64,000 nt of DNA, taken from assembly GCA_963792415.1 (NCBI GenBank), contig CAWBVY010000007.1, positions 128,001 to 192,000 on the forward strand, in the 5' to 3' direction. Source of the stretch: Candidatus Deferrimicrobiaceae bacterium. Its GTDB lineage: Bacteria; Desulfobacterota; Deferrimicrobia; Deferrimicrobiales; Deferrimicrobiaceae. Both the position numbers and the translations under genes were made by a program. The notes beneath the pieces were generated by a model. It made no database searches and was not told the origin of the DNA. It worked only from the letters and a program-made list of their open reading frames with translations. Each line of letters starts with the position of its first letter. Position 1 is the stretch's first letter. Positions 1 to 8,737 of the stretch are shown here, one piece after another.

Positions 1-2
1 TG

Positions 3-1118
3 ATCATCGAGGCGATCGCCCAGGGAAAGCGCGCCGCCTTTTATATCGACCGGTACCTGCAGGGGCTTCCCTTGTCCGGGATCCCCTTCGACGCCCGCCT
101 CACATCGGTGGACGGCAAAGACGTACTCGACCGGGCGGACGTCCCTCCTTCTTCCCGGGCGCCTGCCGTGCCCCGGGAGCTTCCGGCCGCCGGCCGTTCC
201 CGGTCGATGGAAGAAGTGGAAAAGACGATGACCGAGGAGGAGGCCCGATACAGCGCCGGCCGCTGCCTGGACTGCGGGGTCTGCTCGGAGTGCCACCAGT
301 GCGTGGCGGCCTGCCCCGCCGGCGCCATCCGCTTCGACATGCGCGAGGAAAGGAAAACGCTCGAGGTCGGCTCCATCCTTGTCGCCACGGGCTTCCAGCT
401 CTTCGACCCGAAGAGGAAGCCCGAGTACGGTTTCGGGGAGTACCCGAACGTGATCACGGCGATGCAGATGGACCGGATCCTGTCCCCCACCCGGCCGTAC
501 AACGCCGTCGTGCGCCCCTCCGACGGGATGGCACCGTCGAACATCGCCTTCGTCCTGTGCACCGGCTCCCGCGACTGCACCGTCGACAACCGGCTCTGCT
601 CCCGGGTCTGCTGCATGTACTCGATCAAGCAGGCCCAGCTCCTCATGGGGGCGTTGCCGCTTGCCGACGTCACCATCTATTACATCGACATCCGGGCCTT
701 CGGGAAAGGGTACGAGGAGTTCTACGAACAGGCGAAGGGGATGGGGGTGCGCTTCGTGAAGGGGAAGGTGGCGAAGATCGACGAGACCGGGGAGGGGAAC
801 CTTGTAATGCGGTACGAGGACATCGAAGGCGACGGAGGGATGCAAACGGCGCAGCACGACCTCGTCGTCCTGTCGGTGGGCCTCTCCGCCAACCCCGAGG
901 CGTTCGGGCTGTTCCCCCCGGGTCTGCTTTCGGCGGACCCGTTCCGGTACGTCCGCGAGGTCGACGAGGACCTCGAGCCGGGGAAGACCAGCATCGACGG
1001 GGTGTTTGTCGCGGGGACGGCCTCCGCGATCCGCGACATCCCCGACACGATTCTTCACTCCGGTGCGGCGGCCACCCAGGTCGCGTCCTTCCTCCAGAGA
1101 AAGCGGGCGGCGCCATGA
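3..1118 (+). CDS. 3' part of a large HdrA-like (HdrL-type, GltD-like/HdrA fusion) FAD/Fe-S oxidoreductase; 5' end lies outside the window
   Basis: Frame is open from position 3 (IIEAIAQGKRAAFYID, like a GltD C-terminus). It has RCLDCGVCSECHQCVAACP, the HdrA motifs EYGFGEYPNVIT and CTGSRD..CSRVCC, and YIDIRAFGKGYEEFY. Confidence 0.85.
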   Translation: MIEAIAQGKRAAFYIDRYLQGLPLSGIPFDARLTSVDGKDVLDRADVPPSSRAPAVPRELPAAGRSRSMEEVEKTMTEEEARYSAGRCLDCGVCSECHQCVAACPAGAIRFDMREERKTLEVGSILVATGFQLFDPKRKPEYGFGEYPNVITAMQMDRILSPTRPYNAVVRPSDGMAPSNIAFVLCTGSRDCTVDNRLCSRVCCMYSIKQAQLLMGALPLADVTIYYIDIRAFGKGYEEFYEQAKGMGVRFVKGKVAKIDETGEGNLVMRYEDIEGDGGMQTAQHDLVVLSVGLSANPEAFGLFPPGLLSADPFRYVREVDEDLEPGKTSIDGVFVAGTASAIRDIPDTILHSGAAATQVASFLQRKRAAP

Positions 1119-2848
1119 GCGGAAAACGGATCGGGGCGTTCATCTGCCACTGCGGCGGGAACATCTCCGACTACGTCGACGAGGAGAAGATCCGCGCCGC
1201 GGCGGAGAAGGAGTCCGGGGTCGCCGTGGCCAGGACGTTCCTCTTCTCCTGCTCGGAAGCTTCCCAGCAGGAGATGGTCCGGATCCTCCAGGAGGAGAAG
1301 CTCGACGGCATCGTGATCGCATCCTGCTCCCCCAAACTGCATCTCACCACCTTCCGCGCCATGGCGCAGCGGGCCGGGCTGAACCCGTACATGTACACCC
1401 AGGTCAACGTCCGGGAGCAATGTTCCTGGGCGCACCGGCACGAGCGGGAAGAGGCCACCGGGAAGGCGATCCACCTCGTGCGGGCCGGGATCGCGCGGAC
1501 CCGGCTCGGCGTGCCGCTGACCGATCTCCGGATCGAGACGACCCCCGCGGCGCTGGTCGTGGGGGCCGGCGTCGCGGGAATGCGCGCGGCCCTGGCGCTC
1601 TCCGACGTCGGCATGGCCGTGTACCTGGTGGAACGGGCCGCGGAGGTCGGTGGGCGGGTTCCTGCGTGGGGACGGATGTTTCCCAACGACCGGGAAGGGG
1701 CGGAGATGATCGGGACCCTGCTCGAGGCGATCCGCAGCCGGGCGGGGATCACTCTCTTCACGGACGCCGAGGTGGTCGGGAAAAGCGGGAGCGTGGGGGA
1801 CTTCTCGGTCACCGTCCGGGTCCGGGGCGTGGAGGAGATCCCGTTGCACGTAGGGGCCATCGTCGTTGCGACGGGGTTCGACCCGTACGCCCCGAAGGAG
1901 GGGGAGTTCGGTTACGGCCTTCCGGGCGTCGTCACGCTGCCGGAGTTCCGCGAGCTTCTTGCCGGCGCGAAAGGGAAGCTCCGGTACGGGGACCGGGAAG
2001 TAAAAACCGTCGTCTACGTCTACTGCGTCGGCAGCCGCCAGGCGGTCACGGAGGGGACCCCCCACCCGAACCTCTACTGTTCGCGGTATTGCTGTACGGC
2101 GGCGGTCCACACCGCCCTCCTGGCCAACGCGGCCGACGGCGGCGTCAACCAGTACCACCTGTATCGCGACATGCGGACCTACGGGAAAAGCGAGATCCTC
2201 TTCGAGGAGGCGGGCAGCAAGGGGTCGGTGTTCGTCCGGTTCCCCGAGGACGCTCCCCCCGTCGTCGAGCGGCAGGACGGCGAGCTGCTCGTCCGGGTCC
2301 GGGACGGCCTTCTCGGCGGCGAGGAGATCGGGATCCCGGCGGACCTCGTGGTCCTGGTCACGGGGATGGTGCCCCGGGAGAACGCGACTCTCGCGAACGT
2401 GCTGAAGCTCCCGGTGGACGCCGGCGGTTTCTACAACGAAATCCACCCGAAACTGCGCCCCGTGGAAACGCTGATCGACGGCGTCTTCATTTCGGGGACG
2501 GCCCAGGGGCCCAAGACGCTCGCGGAGAGCGTGGCCTCGTCCCTGGCGGCGGTCTCCAAGGGGGCGGCGCTCCTCCTCAAAGGGTACGTCGATCTTCCCC
2601 CCCTCGTCGCGAAGGTCGACACGGAACGGTGCACCTGGTGCGGGGAGTGCGAAAATACGTGCCCCTACGACGGGGCGGTCGGGAAGGTGCGGCTGGGAGA
2701 GAAGGAGGTCGCCTACGTCCACCCCGCGCTTTGCAAGGGGTGCGGCGGGTGCGTCCCCGTGTGCCCCGTGGAGGCGATCGACCTGGAGGGGTGCACCAAC
2801 GCCCAGGTGAAGGCGATGATCGACGCGCTGGTCCGGGAGGCGGGGTGA
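1115..2848 (+). CDS. hdrA: Heterodisulfide reductase subunit A-like / QmoB-like flavoprotein
   Basis: ATG overlaps the upstream stop (ATGA). N-terminal ICHCGGNI..CS..SCSP..EQC, FAD motif VVGAGVAG, CVGSR..CSRYCC, and C-terminal 2x[4Fe-4S] ferredoxin motifs. Confidence 0.9.
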   Translation: MSGKRIGAFICHCGGNISDYVDEEKIRAAAEKESGVAVARTFLFSCSEASQQEMVRILQEEKLDGIVIASCSPKLHLTTFRAMAQRAGLNPYMYTQVNVREQCSWAHRHEREEATGKAIHLVRAGIARTRLGVPLTDLRIETTPAALVVGAGVAGMRAALALSDVGMAVYLVERAAEVGGRVPAWGRMFPNDREGAEMIGTLLEAIRSRAGITLFTDAEVVGKSGSVGDFSVTVRVRGVEEIPLHVGAIVVATGFDPYAPKEGEFGYGLPGVVTLPEFRELLAGAKGKLRYGDREVKTVVYVYCVGSRQAVTEGTPHPNLYCSRYCCTAAVHTALLANAADGGVNQYHLYRDMRTYGKSEILFEEAGSKGSVFVRFPEDAPPVVERQDGELLVRVRDGLLGGEEIGIPADLVVLVTGMVPRENATLANVLKLPVDAGGFYNEIHPKLRPVETLIDGVFISGTAQGPKTLAESVASSLAAVSKGAALLLKGYVDLPPLVAKVDTERCTWCGECENTCPYDGAVGKVRLGEKEVAYVHPALCKGCGGCVPVCPVEAIDLEGCTNAQVKAMIDALVREAG

Positions 2849-3090
2849 TGGCGGGCGAACCGAGACGGGATCCTTCCGAGGTGATGCGGGACGAGATGCT
2901 CGTGAGGGGGAAGATCGCGTCTCTCCTCCGCGAGGGTCCCAGGACCATCCCGGAGATCGCGGACGCCCTGCGTTGCCCGGCCCGGGAGGTGACGCTCTGG
3001 GTGATGGCCCTTCGGCGATACGGCGCCCTCGAGGAGATCCCGAAGCCGAAGGCGGACGATTACTACCGGTACAGGCTGGCGAAGGAGTAG
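2848..3090 (+). CDS. Small winged-helix protein
   Basis: TGATG coupling to hdrA; the pattern LLREGPRTIPEIADALRCPAREVTLWVMALRRYG fits a wHTH. Confidence 0.75.
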   Translation: MAGEPRRDPSEVMRDEMLVRGKIASLLREGPRTIPEIADALRCPAREVTLWVMALRRYGALEEIPKPKADDYYRYRLAKE

Positions 3091-3100
3091 AGGGGGCGAG

Positions 3101-4234
3101 ATGGGCGTTCGGGTAACACCGGGGTTGTACAGGGAAGTCGCGAAGTTCGGCGGCGGAGACGTCACGGCGTGCATGAACTGCGGCAGCTGCACGGCCGTCT
3201 GTTCCCAGGTCCAGGAGGCGGGGGGGTTCCCCCGCCGGATCATCCATCTCCTGCAGGTCGGGCACAGGGGGAAGCTCGCCGGATCGCTCGAACCGTGGCT
3301 CTGCTACTATTGCGGGGAATGCTCCGACACCTGCCCCCGGGGTGCGAACCCCGCCGAGACCATGATGGCCGCCCGTCGGTACCTCACGGGGATGTACGAC
3401 TGGACGGGGCTGGGGAGGAAGTTCTACACCTCCCCGGCGTGGGAGATCGGGGCGGTCGCCCTGGTCGGCCTCTTCGTCGTCGCCCTCTTCGCCCTCTTCC
3501 ACGGTCCCGTGGTAACGGACCACGTGGCGCTCAACACCTTCGCTCCCGTGGAATGGATCGAGATCGGCGACTGGATCCTGGGCGGCATCCTGGTCACCCT
3601 CCTTCTCTCCAACGGGTGGCGGATGTCCCGCTGGGTGATGGGCGCGGGGAAGGGGGGCGACGTCCCCTTTTCGCTGTACCTGCGCAAGCTGCCCGCGTTT
3701 TTCGAGCACTTCGCGACGCAGAAGAAGTGGCGGGAGTGCGAAGGACCGAACACCCGGTGGCTCAAGCATTTCCTCCTGGTCACCGGGTACGTCACGATGA
3801 TGGTCCTCGTCATCGTCTTTCTCCGGTGGTTCCAGACCGACGAGATCGTCCCCTTCTATCGCCCGACCCGCCTGCTGGGGTACTACGCCACCGCCGCCCT
3901 TCTGTACGTGACCGGGGACTTCCTCCTGGGGCGCCTGCGCAAACGGGACAACATCCATAAATTCTCCGAGCCCACCGACTGGGTGTTCCTGGTCCTGCTG
4001 TTCCTGGTGGCGCTCACCGGGATCCTGGTCCACGTGTTCCGTCTCTCGGGCCTTCCGCTCGCGACGTATTCCACGTACGTGGTGCACATGGCCATCGTGG
4101 TGCCGATGCTGGTCGTCGAGGTGCCCTTCGGCAAGTGGGGACACATGTTCTACCGGCCTTTCGCCGCTTACCTTGCCGCCGTAATGCAGGGGGCGGCGGA
4201 TGCCGCCGCAAGGGAAACGGAACGCGCCGCCTGA
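3101..4234 (+). CDS. QmoC-like protein: HdrC-type 2x[4Fe-4S] domain plus membrane cytochrome b domain
   Basis: CMNCGSCTAVC and CYYCGECSDTCP, followed by several hydrophobic helices with His residues (KHF, VHV, VHM, KWGH). Confidence 0.85.
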   Translation: MGVRVTPGLYREVAKFGGGDVTACMNCGSCTAVCSQVQEAGGFPRRIIHLLQVGHRGKLAGSLEPWLCYYCGECSDTCPRGANPAETMMAARRYLTGMYDWTGLGRKFYTSPAWEIGAVALVGLFVVALFALFHGPVVTDHVALNTFAPVEWIEIGDWILGGILVTLLLSNGWRMSRWVMGAGKGGDVPFSLYLRKLPAFFEHFATQKKWRECEGPNTRWLKHFLLVTGYVTMMVLVIVFLRWFQTDEIVPFYRPTRLLGYYATAALLYVTGDFLLGRLRKRDNIHKFSEPTDWVFLVLLFLVALTGILVHVFRLSGLPLATYSTYVVHMAIVVPMLVVEVPFGKWGHMFYRPFAAYLAAVMQGAADAAARETERAA

Positions 4235-4298
4235 GGCCGGCGCGCGTTCCGGGGGAATCGCATGCCGTCGTTCCACACATTCCACAAGGAGGGTTGAA

Positions 4299-4673
4299 AT
4301 GGCAGAGACAAAGGAAGAGAAGATCGTCGTCATCGGCACGCACGGCGGGGAGGATCCGGATCGGGCGACCTTGCCGTTCGTGGTCGCGAACGCCGCGCTG
4401 GCCATGGACGTCAAGACCACCGTCATCCTCCAGGGGAACGCGGTGACGCTGGCGGTGAAGGGGGCCGGCGAGAACGTCCAGGGGATCGGTTTCCCCCCCC
4501 TGAAGGAGCTGATCGCGAACTATTTCGCCCAGGGGGGGCAGATCCTCCTCTGCACGCCCTGCATCAAGGGGCGGAACATCGCCCCGGAGACGCTGGTCGC
4601 CAGCGCGTCCCTGATCGCCGCCGCCCGGGTCGTCCAGGAGTGCCTCGAGGCGAAGGCCGTCCTGAACTACTGA
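4299..4673 (+). CDS. DsrE/DsrF-like sulfur-transfer protein
   Basis: RBS AGGAGG before the ATG; THGGEDPDRATLPF..ANAALA; conserved Cys in LLCTPC. Confidence 0.85.
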   Translation: MAETKEEKIVVIGTHGGEDPDRATLPFVVANAALAMDVKTTVILQGNAVTLAVKGAGENVQGIGFPPLKELIANYFAQGGQILLCTPCIKGRNIAPETLVASASLIAAARVVQECLEAKAVLNY

Positions 4674-4728
4674 CGTCCCCCTGATGGGGTCCGTCCTGGT
4701 CTCACGGGAAAAGGGACGGAAAGCGGTG

Positions 4729-4770
4729 CGGTAACGGGGAGCTCCCTCTGCGGGCCGCTCCCCGTTACCG
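4729..4770 (+). terminator. Strong hairpin after the Hdr operon
   Basis: 14-bp perfect inverted repeat CGGTAACGGGGAGC / GCTCCCCGTTACCG; no U-tract follows. Confidence 0.5.
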
Positions 4771-4861
4771 GGAAAGACGGCGTCCGGTCAGGTGCGGGTA
4801 CCCTTTTGCCCTTGCATTCATATATATTGATATAGGCAGGCAAGGAACGGGGAGGAAGGGA

Positions 4862-6112
4862 ATGCGCGCTGTTCTTCCAGCGGTATTGCGGGCAACCCTT
4901 CTCTCCTTCCTGCTTATTTCTTCGGTTGCGATCCTCTATGCGACGGTGATGAACGAGCGCACGGTGGAATCCCTCGCCGACCTGTCGCTGGAGAGCACCG
5001 CCCTCGCCCTGTCCACCGCGACGGAAAGCGCCCTGCGTGCCGACGGGGACGGGACAGACAGCGAGGTCCGGGGAATCCTCTCGGACCGGGTGGTGGCGTA
5101 CGCGCTGATCGCGGAGAGGGACGGGGTGATCCGGTTCCACACCAACCCCAGGATGGCGGGAACCCGATTGCCGGAGGCCCCCGGGGGATGGGTCAGCGCC
5201 GGCCAGCCTTCCGGCCGGAGAGTGGTCCTTGGGACCGGTTTGCCGGCGTACGAGTACGACTACATCCTCCACCCCCTCGACGGCGGCCCGGAACTGCTCC
5301 GGATCGTGCTCCACACGACGCCCGCGGACCGGATCCTCGCCGGCATGCGGAGGATGCGCTGGACGGTGGCGGCCGTGCTGCTCCTCCTCTGGGCGGTCGG
5401 CGTCGCCCTCGAGCGGATGGTGTCACGGCAGTTCCGCCTGCAAGCGGAGACCGAGCGGCGGGACACCCTCGCCCTGATCGGACAGATGACCGCGACCCTC
5501 GCGCATGAAATCCGCAACGCCCTCGGCAGCGTCAAGGGGTACACCCAATGGGTGAGCGAGAAGGTCGATCCCTCCGATCCGAGGAAGGCGGGGCTGGAAA
5601 GTGCGCTGCGGGCGGCGGGCCGGATCGAGTCCCTCGTCAACGAGCTCCTCCTGTTTTCGCGCCAGGAAACGTACGTGACTGCCCCCGTCCCCCTCCTCGA
5701 CATCGTCCGGGACACGGTGACCGCGGAGTCTGCAGGATGGGCCGGGAACGTGGAAATTTCCGCCGAGCCCGGGGCATGCGCGGTGGCCGACCCCGAAAAA
5801 CTGGGGAGGGTGCTGCGGAACGGGGTCCGGAACGCGATCGAGGCGATGGGGCCGGAAGGGACCTTGCGGGTGGAGGGCGTGATGGACGGCAGGTGGGCGG
5901 AAATCCGGGTGGTGGACTCCGGACCGGGCATTCCCGGAGAGGAACTTCCGAAGCTGTTCACGCCGTTCCACACGACGAAGGCGGACGGCACCGGGCTCGG
6001 GCTGGCCTACTCGAAGAAGGCGATCGAGGGGATGGGCGGTCGCATCGGGATCCGCAATCGGGCTGAGGGGAACGGAGCGGTCCTGTGGGTCCGTCTCCCC
6101 GGGAAGGGGTGA
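4862..6112 (+). CDS. Membrane sensor histidine kinase (ZraS/NtrB-like)
   Basis: Two TM segments flank a periplasmic domain; H-box LAHEIRN, G1 DSGPGI, G2 GTGLGL. Confidence 0.92.
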   Translation: MRAVLPAVLRATLLSFLLISSVAILYATVMNERTVESLADLSLESTALALSTATESALRADGDGTDSEVRGILSDRVVAYALIAERDGVIRFHTNPRMAGTRLPEAPGGWVSAGQPSGRRVVLGTGLPAYEYDYILHPLDGGPELLRIVLHTTPADRILAGMRRMRWTVAAVLLLLWAVGVALERMVSRQFRLQAETERRDTLALIGQMTATLAHEIRNALGSVKGYTQWVSEKVDPSDPRKAGLESALRAAGRIESLVNELLLFSRQETYVTAPVPLLDIVRDTVTAESAGWAGNVEISAEPGACAVADPEKLGRVLRNGVRNAIEAMGPEGTLRVEGVMDGRWAEIRVVDSGPGIPGEELPKLFTPFHTTKADGTGLGLAYSKKAIEGMGGRIGIRNRAEGNGAVLWVRLPGKG

Positions 6113-6118
6113 CCGGAG

Positions 6119-7471
6119 ATGCCGAAGAGCATCCTGGTGGTGGACGACGACGAGATGATGCGTTCCTTCTTCGCCGCCGTCCTGAAGGAGGAGGGGTACA
6201 CGGTAGAGGAGGCGGGCCGCGCGAAGGAGGGGCTCCAGGCGTTGAACCGGTCGGATTTCGACCTCGTCCTCACCGATCTCCGCATGCCCGACCTCTCCGG
6301 ACTGGAGTTGATGCGGGAGGGGAGAAAGGTGCGGCCCGGGGCCCGCTGGGTCGTCGTCACCGCCTACGGCTCCATCGGGAACGCCGTTGAGGCGATGCGG
6401 GCGGGGGCGTCGGACTACCTCACGAAGCCCCTCCGGGACCCCGAGGAGCTTCGCCACGTGGTCCGGCGGGTCCTGCGCGAGGCCGAGGCGGAATCCCGGA
6501 TCTCCCTGCTCTCCGAGGAGCTCGGGAAACAGTTTCCCCCGTTGGACACGATCTTTCTCGGGGGAGCCATGGAGGAGGTGCACCGCCTCGTTCGCGAGGT
6601 GGCTCCGACGAACGCGACCGTCCTCGTTTCGGGACCGAGCGGGACCGGGAAGGAGCTGGTCGCCCGCGTGATCCACAACCTGAGTTCACGGAAGGAGAGG
6701 CCCTTCGTGCCGGTGCAGTGCGCCGCGCTCCCAGAGACGCTCCTGGAGAGCGAACTGTTCGGCCACGAGCGGGGGGCGTTCACCGGCGCGGTGGCGACCC
6801 GGAAGGGGCGGTTCGAGCTGGCCGACGGAGGGTCGATCTTCCTGGACGAGATCGGGGAGGTCTCCCCCGGCATCCAGGTGAAGCTTCTCCGGGTGCTGCA
6901 GGAGCGGTCGTTCGAGCGGGTAGGCGGGACGAAGACGATCCCGGTGGACGTTCGGGTCGTGGCGGCGACGAACCGGGATCTGAAGGAGGAAGTCGCGGCG
7001 GGCCGGTTCCGCGAGGACCTCTTCTACCGGCTGAACGTATTCCCGGTCGCGCTCCCTGATCTGGCCGCGCGGAAGGACGCCATCCTTCCGCTCGCGGAGC
7101 ATTTCGCGGCGAAGTTCGCCGCCGCATCCGGAAAGAAGGTCCCGGAGATCTCCGGCGCCGCGAAGGCCGCGCTTGCCGCATACCGGTGGCCGGGGAACAT
7201 CCGGGAATTGCAGAACGTGATCGAGCGCGCCGTGATCCTCGCCCGCGGGGAAATCGACGCCCCGCTCCTGAACCTCGAGGGCGTTGCGCTCCGGGAGGGC
7301 GATATCCAGGGAGGCGGCATCTCCCCCGGGGAGGGTGCGCTCCAGGCTTCCGAGCGGGAGACGATCCGGAAGGTCCTCGCGGAGGTCGGGGGGAACCGGA
7401 AACGGGCGGCGCAGGTGCTGGGAATCTCCCTGAGGACCTTGCAGTACCGGATCAAGGAGTACGATCTGTAA
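6119..7471 (+). CDS. Sigma54-dependent response regulator (NtrC family)
   Basis: Receiver domain (VVDDD, DLRMP), Walker A GPSGTGKE, GAFTGA, C-terminal Fis-type HTH. Confidence 0.95.
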   Translation: MPKSILVVDDDEMMRSFFAAVLKEEGYTVEEAGRAKEGLQALNRSDFDLVLTDLRMPDLSGLELMREGRKVRPGARWVVVTAYGSIGNAVEAMRAGASDYLTKPLRDPEELRHVVRRVLREAEAESRISLLSEELGKQFPPLDTIFLGGAMEEVHRLVREVAPTNATVLVSGPSGTGKELVARVIHNLSSRKERPFVPVQCAALPETLLESELFGHERGAFTGAVATRKGRFELADGGSIFLDEIGEVSPGIQVKLLRVLQERSFERVGGTKTIPVDVRVVAATNRDLKEEVAAGRFREDLFYRLNVFPVALPDLAARKDAILPLAEHFAAKFAAASGKKVPEISGAAKAALAAYRWPGNIRELQNVIERAVILARGEIDAPLLNLEGVALREGDIQGGGISPGEGALQASERETIRKVLAEVGGNRKRAAQVLGISLRTLQYRIKEYDL

Positions 7472-7474
7472 TGG

Positions 7475-7510
7475 GTGCACGGCTTGCACGCCGCAGTGCA
7501 GATTTTGCGC
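7475..7510. promoter_or_regulatory. Tandem enhancer (UAS) palindromes for a sigma54 activator
   Basis: GTGCA-CGGCT-TGCAC (7475-7489) and GTGCA-GATTT-TGCGC (7496-7510), 21 bp apart and about 80-110 bp upstream of a -24/-12 promoter. Confidence 0.6.
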
Positions 7511-7585
7511 TCCGGAAGGAGGTGCCGGGAGGGGCGCGATCCGGATTTCCCATTGAAATCGCGCCATCACGCCGGATCCCCGGGC

Positions 7586-7601
7586 CGGCACGCCCATTGC
7601 T
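7586..7601 (+). promoter_or_regulatory. Sigma54 (-24/-12) promoter
   Basis: CGGCAC-GCCCA-TTGCT with exact GG-N10-GC spacing. Confidence 0.8.
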
Positions 7602-7649
7602 CTTACCTTCGTCGGGAGAGGAACCAACAACCTGAAGGAGGTAAGGGAG

Positions 7650-8150
7650 ATGAAGACGAAGCTCGGTGCGACGGTTCTGGCGGCTGCTTTCCTTGCCGCG
7701 CTCGTCATACCAGGGACGGTCCTGGCGGGTGGCGGCGGGGGTGGCGGCAAGGGCGGCGGCGGTGCGGCCAACATGGGAGGGCAGTCCATCCGGACACAGA
7801 CCCAGACCTTGATGCGGAACCAGAGTCAGAACCAGAACCAGATGAAGTATCAGGGCCAGACCGGCGGTATGAAACAGAATCGCCTGGGGGACGCGCAAGG
7901 GGACCTGGACCGGACGCGCGCGCAGGATCGGGACCGGGATCAGGATCGTGACCGGGACCGGATCCACAAGGTGTCCGGCACGGGGCCCGCGGCGGCTACC
8001 GCGGAATCTGCGGCGGTGAGCGCCACCAGTGACAGGTCGGGGAAAGGAAACATGGGCGGTAATCTTTACGGTCCTGGCGACGGAACGGGGAATGCAGGTA
8101 TCGGCCCCGCGGACGGAACGGGATATGGGCCTGGGGAAAAAATCAAGTAG
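7650..8150 (+). CDS. Secreted low-complexity protein (Gly-rich, QxQxQ and DR repeats, GPxDGTG repeats)
   Basis: Good RBS (AAGGAGG/GGGAG), signal peptide ending VLA, first gene after the sigma54 promoter. Confidence 0.8.
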   Translation: MKTKLGATVLAAAFLAALVIPGTVLAGGGGGGGKGGGGAANMGGQSIRTQTQTLMRNQSQNQNQMKYQGQTGGMKQNRLGDAQGDLDRTRAQDRDRDQDRDRDRIHKVSGTGPAAATAESAAVSATSDRSGKGNMGGNLYGPGDGTGNAGIGPADGTGYGPGEKIK

Positions 8151-8154
8151 GGCG

Positions 8155-8709
8155 GTGAAAACCGGGCGCGGCAGGGCGGCGTTGTCCGCCCTGCTCCCCG
8201 GTTTTCTCTGCGTCCTGTTCCTCCTCCCCGCGGGCGGTGCCGCGCTGGCGGCCGGGGACGGGACGGCTCTGGAAGGGAGCGGGATCCTCTACCCCGGGGG
8301 ATTCGACCCGAACACGGTCGGGGAAGTGCGTGGAACGGCTCGTGGCGTCGACAAGCCGGAGCGGGGGCCGATCCGCTTCCGGCTGGATTCGGGGAAGGAG
8401 ACGTACACGGTCTTCGCCTCCCCGTCGTGGTATTGGGAGGACCTCCGGACGGAGATCCCCGAGGGCGCGGAGGTGAGCGTCCGCGGTTCCAAGACGCTCG
8501 GCCGCGACATGAGGATGTACATCATCGCCCAGGAGATCCGCGTCCTGCCCGCGGGACGGTCGTGGACGTTCCGGGAGCCGGACGGGTTCCCTCTCTGGAA
8601 AGGCGGCCGGGGAGGGGCGGGGATCGGAGTGGGCGGAGGGTCCGGATCACCGATGTTCCGGGGCGGCCCCGGCAGGGGGTCCGGCGGTGGAGGCGGGAAG
8701 GGCAGGTGA
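8155..8709 (+). CDS. Exported OB-fold protein (resembles the MamS/MamX-type OB domain) with a Gly-rich tail
   Basis: Hydrophobic N-terminal signal; FDPNTV.EVRG..PSWYW..VSVRGS..AQEI..DGFPLW pattern. The GTG start is uncertain. Confidence 0.65.
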   Translation: MKTGRGRAALSALLPGFLCVLFLLPAGGAALAAGDGTALEGSGILYPGGFDPNTVGEVRGTARGVDKPERGPIRFRLDSGKETYTVFASPSWYWEDLRTEIPEGAEVSVRGSKTLGRDMRMYIIAQEIRVLPAGRSWTFREPDGFPLWKGGRGGAGIGVGGGSGSPMFRGGPGRGSGGGGGKGR

Positions 8710-8737
8710 CGCCCGCGGGCGGGGAAAAGGGGGGGCC

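Noticed and set aside
290-1114. Long N-terminal extensions in the ORF track (also on ORFs 17275-19746, 18588-21593, 24285-26357, 34459-35886, 36423-38114, 50974-53394)
   Set aside because: The extensions are Arg/Pro/Gly-rich off-frame readings of the upstream gene. The real starts sit at stop/start overlaps or good RBSs, so these are not fusions.
1055-4426. Very long antisense and alternate-frame ORFs (also 9771-12719, 40232-43063, 46370-50134)
   Set aside because: These are shadow ORFs typical of high-GC coding DNA. They have no motifs and overlap well-supported genes.
7915-7965. Hexamer repeats (GACCGG/GATCAG) as a possible CRISPR or VNTR
   Set aside because: They encode the DR/DQ tract of the secreted protein and have no spacers. 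No CRISPR array or cas gene was seen in the window.
8155-8709. Magnetosome gene cluster
   Set aside because: There is only an OB-fold resemblance, with no magnetochrome motifs and no other mam genes.
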